The notes under the pieces were generated by a model. It saw nothing but the letters and a program-made list of their open reading frames with translations, had not been told where the DNA came from and ran no database searches. From Mobula hypostoma (Eukaryota), in assembly GCF_963921235.1 (NCBI RefSeq), contig NC_086097.1, positions 81,656,001-81,720,000 of the forward strand: a stretch of 64,000 bases of DNA, given 5' to 3'. Shown here in pieces: positions 59,579 to 64,000 of the stretch (the stretch's first letter is position 1; every line of letters starts with the position of its first letter). Both the position numbers and the translations under genes were made by a program.

Positions 59579-61616
59579 GTAATTTAGGAAACTGAAAGGT
59601 CTAAAGGTAGATAAGTCACCTGGACCATAGGGACTATACTCCAGGGTTCTGAAAGAGGTAGCTGAAGCGAATGTGGACGCCCTAGTACTGATCTTTCAAA
59701 TATCACTAGATTCTGGAATGGTTCAGGAGGACTGGAAAATGCCACACCACTCTGTAAGAGGGGAGGTAGGCAGAAGAAAGGAAATTATAAGTCAGTTAGC
59801 CTGACTTCAGTGGTCGGGAAGATGATGGGAGTCCATTATTAAGGATGAGGTTTTGGGGTACTTGGAGGCACGTGATAAAGTAGGCCAAAGTCAGCATGGG
59901 TTTCTTAAGAGGAAATATTGCCGGACAAATCTATTGGAATTCCTCGAGGAAATAACAGGCAGTATAGACCAAGGGGAGTCAATGGATATTGTTTACTTGG
60001 ATTTTCAGAAGGCCTTTGACAAGGTACCGCACATGAGGCTGCTAAGCAGGATAAGAGCCCATGGTATTACAGAAAAGGTACTAGCATGGATAGAAGATTG
60101 ACTAACTGGTAGGAGGCAAAGAGTGGGAATAGAGGGGACCTGGTCTGGTTGGCTTCTGGTGCCTAGTGCTGTTGTGCAGAGGTTGGTGTTGGAACTGCTC
60201 CTTTTCATGTTATATGTCAATGATTTGGATGATGGAGTTGCTAGCTTTGACACCAAGTTTAAAAACAATACAAAGAGAGGTGGAGGGGCAGGTAGTGCTG
60301 AAGAAGCAGGGAGTCTGCAGAAGGTCTGAGACAGATGGGAGAATGGGCAAAGAAGTGGCAGATAGAATATAATGTAGGGAAATGTATGGTCATACGTTTT
60401 AGTAGAAGAAATTGTGGCATTGGGTATTTTCCAAACAGGTAGAAAATTCAAAAATCAGAAGTGTAAAGAGGCTTGGGATTCCTTGTGCAGGACTTCCTTG
60501 CAGTTAGTTCACAGTTTGAGTTGGTGGTAAGGAAAGCAAATGCAATGTTGGCATTCTTTTCCAGAGGACTAGAATATAAAAGCAAGGACATAATATTGAG
60601 GCTTTATAATGCATTAGTCAGACTGCACTTGGAGTATTGTGAGCAGTTTTGCATCCCTTATCCAAAAAAAGAGATGAGTCCAGAGCAGGATTCACAAGAA
60701 TGGTTCTGGGAATGAATGGGTTAACAGTTGAGGAGCACTTAATAGCTCTGGGCCTTTGCTCACTGGAGTTGAGAAGAATAGTGTGGGGATGGGGAAATCT
60801 CGTTGAAACCCATCGAATATTGAAAGGCCAAGATAGAACAGATGTGGAGAGGAAGTTTCCCATACTGAGGGAGTCTAGCACCAGAGGGTACATTTTCAGA
60901 ATAGAACAATGATCCTCTAGAACCGAGATGAGGAGGAATTTCTTTAGCCAGAAGGTGGTGAATCTGTGGAATTCATTCCCACAAACGGCTGTGGAGGTCC
61001 ATTGGATGTATTTAAAGTGGAGGTTGATAGGTTCTTAATTGGCCAGGGCATCAAAGGTTACGAGGAGAAAGCTGGAGAATTAAGTTGAGAGAGATAACAA
61101 AGCAGCCATCCTGGAATGACAGAGCAGACTTAATAGTCCAAGTGGTTTAATTCTGCTCTTGTGTCTTATGTCTCATCTCAATTGTCTGTTAAAAACAAGA
61201 GGCATCAGCAGCATGTGCAAATGCAGAGTATGTGACCTCCTATGCATGCTGATGGACACTGAGTGGAGACAATTATCCCAAGGGGTCAATCTGGAACTTA
61301 GTAGTTTTATTAGAGGGCAGCAAGAAGCATCTTTATAGTCACAGACATTTAAATAATCATAGACTGAAATTTATTCAGATGATTTAGTCTAGTGCAGCAA
61401 TAGATCCCTCTAGCCCAAACTGGGGTCCATAGACCCCTCGGCTAATTTCCTTTAGCCAAACTGCTTTAACGCAGGGATCCACTATGTTTAGGACTGTACT
61501 TTCTGGATGTATATTGTACATGTAGAAAATTGGTCTGTGACTGCTGAATTTCCACAGGATTTCTAAACCTCCTCCATTATGCCAAATGCCTGACCACTTC
61601 CTCTGTGGCTCAAGAG

Positions 61617-62750
61617 CAGTGGTTCCCAAGTAGGCAATATCACCCACAGACAAAGATAAAGTGGGTCGTGAGGTATCAGTAGCAAGGGGGCAGCTGTGGC
61701 ATTATGGCTGACCTTAAGAAACGAATGACTTATTTTAAACATTTGTTCATCAGTGCATCATAATTGATGACAATGATCACATAATCACCTCATCGCTTGC
61801 TAACCCGCTATTGTCTTAGACTTTGCTCAGAGTGCATCATAGTTATTGAAAAGCAATGTAACATTTCTGTGTTTGGCATATCAAAAGAAATCTAACCTGA
61901 AGAAATTATGTTATTTCCCATCGAGTGTGGTCATTAATCCATAATGAAAATGGCAGAAGTAGACCAAATGAGAAAGAAGTATAGACAGTATAGTGTGGAG
62001 TATCTGAAATGTGGATTTGTACCAACACAGAGCAACCAACAGCAGCCAATATGTCTGTTGTGTGAAAGGGTTTTTTTTCCAAGTGAGGTAACAAAACAGT
62101 CCAAGCTCCTTGAATATTTGAAGAGAATGCACTCTGATAAAGCAAACAAGAACTTGGTTTATTTTCAGTCACGTCATGAAAACTTTCTGAGATGGAAAAT
62201 ACTTTAAAACATGGTTGTCAACACTTCACAACAAAACAGTGGTTTGTATGCTTCATACATTTCATTGCTCATGACTAAATCTGCAAAGCCCCATACAACT
62301 GGAGAAGAACTGATTCTGCCAGCAGTAAGAGAGGTTCGGAGTTCCAGTCTTGCATAAATATGGTTTTCCAGACCAGATAATTAAAATGATTCCGCTCAGT
62401 AACAACTCTTTTCAAAGATGAATGAATGAAATGTCTGAGAATGAGGAAGAACTCATTGTTCAACATACTTAGGACAACAGAGTTTGCCCTGCAGTTGGAT
62501 GAGTTGACTTTGCCAGGCAACAAATATTTACTTCTTGTTTCACAAATGATGAAAGCATGTTCGAGAGCTGTTGTTTGCAAGGGAACTAGAAATGGATATG
62601 AAGGTGTAGTATATTTAATATTTGAGTAATATTGTAAATATATTGTTTGATTAAGCATTCTTTGTTTACATAATTCATTATGGAGGTTATGTGAAAAAGT
62701 ACACAAATGGCATACGTCATCAAGCCACTGCATCATATGTTAGTGCCTCA
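61617..62750 (+). mobile_element. hAT (Charlie/Buster-like) transposon remnant
   Basis: cagtggttccca end; RQYSVEYLKCGF..PICLLC (BED finger), KPHTTGEELILPA, IPLSNN, FALQLDE; many frameshifts. Confidence 0.8.
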
Positions 62751-63069
62751 CTAAAAAAAAGGAAAAATAAAACAAGTAGGCAAGCATACCAATTCCTGTG
62801 TTTTTCTTTTGATTTATTTCTGGAGTTACAAAGCATAACAGTGGCGATAACTAAGTTTTTAAAACAAACCCCAAGATGACCAGCTACCTGTTGAAGCTCA
62901 GCTTGTTTTTCTTTGAAAGGGAGACATTTAAATTAAAAAAAGAGGGCTGAAAACTGCCAAAATTAGCACACAAGTATAGTCATAGATTTATAAACAGTGA
63001 GTTTATAATAATAACAAATCATAATTCAAAATTCCAGAAATGGCTGGCTATATCATAAAGATAGATAGA

Positions 63070-64000
63070 GTCTGATTTTGGGTGTAAAATGTTCCAACCA
63101 GTACTTGTATCAGAGAGAGTTTACCCTCATTACTTATCATCAACCACTGGTGTCCATTTTCAATCCACAGAAGGGTGTTCCACTAACAGCAGTAGCAAGA
63201 ATGCAGAGATGGGCTCTGTTTCTTGGCAGACACTATTGCAAGATCAAATTCAAGAGGACAACTAATCATGGAAATGTTGATGGATTGTTCTGTTTAGCAT
63301 TAGAAATGGAAATACCTGAAATATTTACATAAGAGGACACTCTTCTTCACCAACTCTCCTTAACGCAATCAGAAGACTACCTACTGTGGCAGAGATGATC
63401 CAAAGGGAAACCAGAAAAGATCCCACACTGTCTCAGGTCTACATGGCAACCCAAAATGTGCAGCAGAAATTTTAGTTCCCCCAATTTTACCAGCACCTGA
63501 ATGAACTTCCACTTGACGGGGGTTGACTTATGTAGGGATTGAGAGTTGTTATACCATCCAGGCTGAGGGATGCAGTGTTGGAGGAGCTATATGCTGGTCA
63601 TCTGGGCTTTATCAAAATGAAAGTGTTGGCTCAATTTGTTTGGGGGCCTCGGATACATCAGCAGGTTGAGCAACTTGCGGTGCACTGTTCAGAATATCAA
63701 CTTGTCCAGAAGATACTAAGGGCAGTACCTGTCCATCCCTGGGAATGGATTGCATTTTCCTGGCAGAGGATTCATGCAGTTCTGATGGGCCATTCATGGA
63801 TGCAAATTATTTGCTAGTCATGGATGCAGCTACAAATGGCCAGAAGTGTTCCCAATATCCTCCACTACAGCCTTGCACACTATTGATGTGTTGAGAAGCC
63901 TCTTCAAATTGACTGGTATTCCAGAGCACTTAGACAGTGACAATGGACCACAGCTTGTGCAGAACTGTTTCAGTCATTCCTAAAAATAAACGGAATAAGA
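63070..64000 (+). mobile_element. Degenerate Gypsy pol (RNase H end and integrase)
   Basis: FTLITYHQPL..ARMQRWAL, RVVIP..VLEELYAGHLG, PWEW..WQRIH, DNGPQ. Confidence 0.85.

Larger units (their letters stand above)
57700..61172 (+). mobile_element. Degenerate CR1 LINE ORF2 carrying nested insertions
   Basis: DKSPGP, SQHGF, LDFQKAFDKVPH, LHLEYC motifs; 3' tail ttctgctcttgtgtcttatg. Confidence 0.88.

Noticed and set aside
1..64000. CRISPR arrays, tRNA, rRNA or miRNA genes
   Set aside because: None seen; the repeats are all explained by eukaryotic transposable elements and microsatellites.

Overview
Repeat-rich vertebrate genomic DNA. The repeat families suggest a cartilaginous fish (ray or shark), which is an inference. 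No host protein-coding exon was recognised. A CpG-island promoter near 54.7-55.3 kb and a series of minus-strand exon-like blocks with splice signals but no consistent reading frame suggest the window is the 5' part of a minus-strand transcript (multi-exon 5'UTR or lncRNA). The main finding is a young Penelope-like element (PLE, Neptune-type) at 11300-15263. It has an intact 1042-aa RT + GIY-YIG ORF and two near-identical pseudo-LTRs, each carrying a minimal type I hammerhead ribozyme (HHR), so double self-cleavage would release a 3514-nt unit containing the whole ORF. Several truncated or inverted copies of the family, of different ages, carry intact or decayed HHRs; one sits with a 12-14 bp TSD inside an ERV-like protease gene. 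Also present: a complete 4.37-kb Gypsy element (LTRs, TSD, tRNA-Trp PBS, -1 frameshift signal), a partial PNMA-gag Gypsy, two inverted Tigger/pogo derivatives bracketing a putative exon, CR1, Rex1-like and RTE LINE fragments, SINEs, hAT remnants and a 64-bp hAT MITE.
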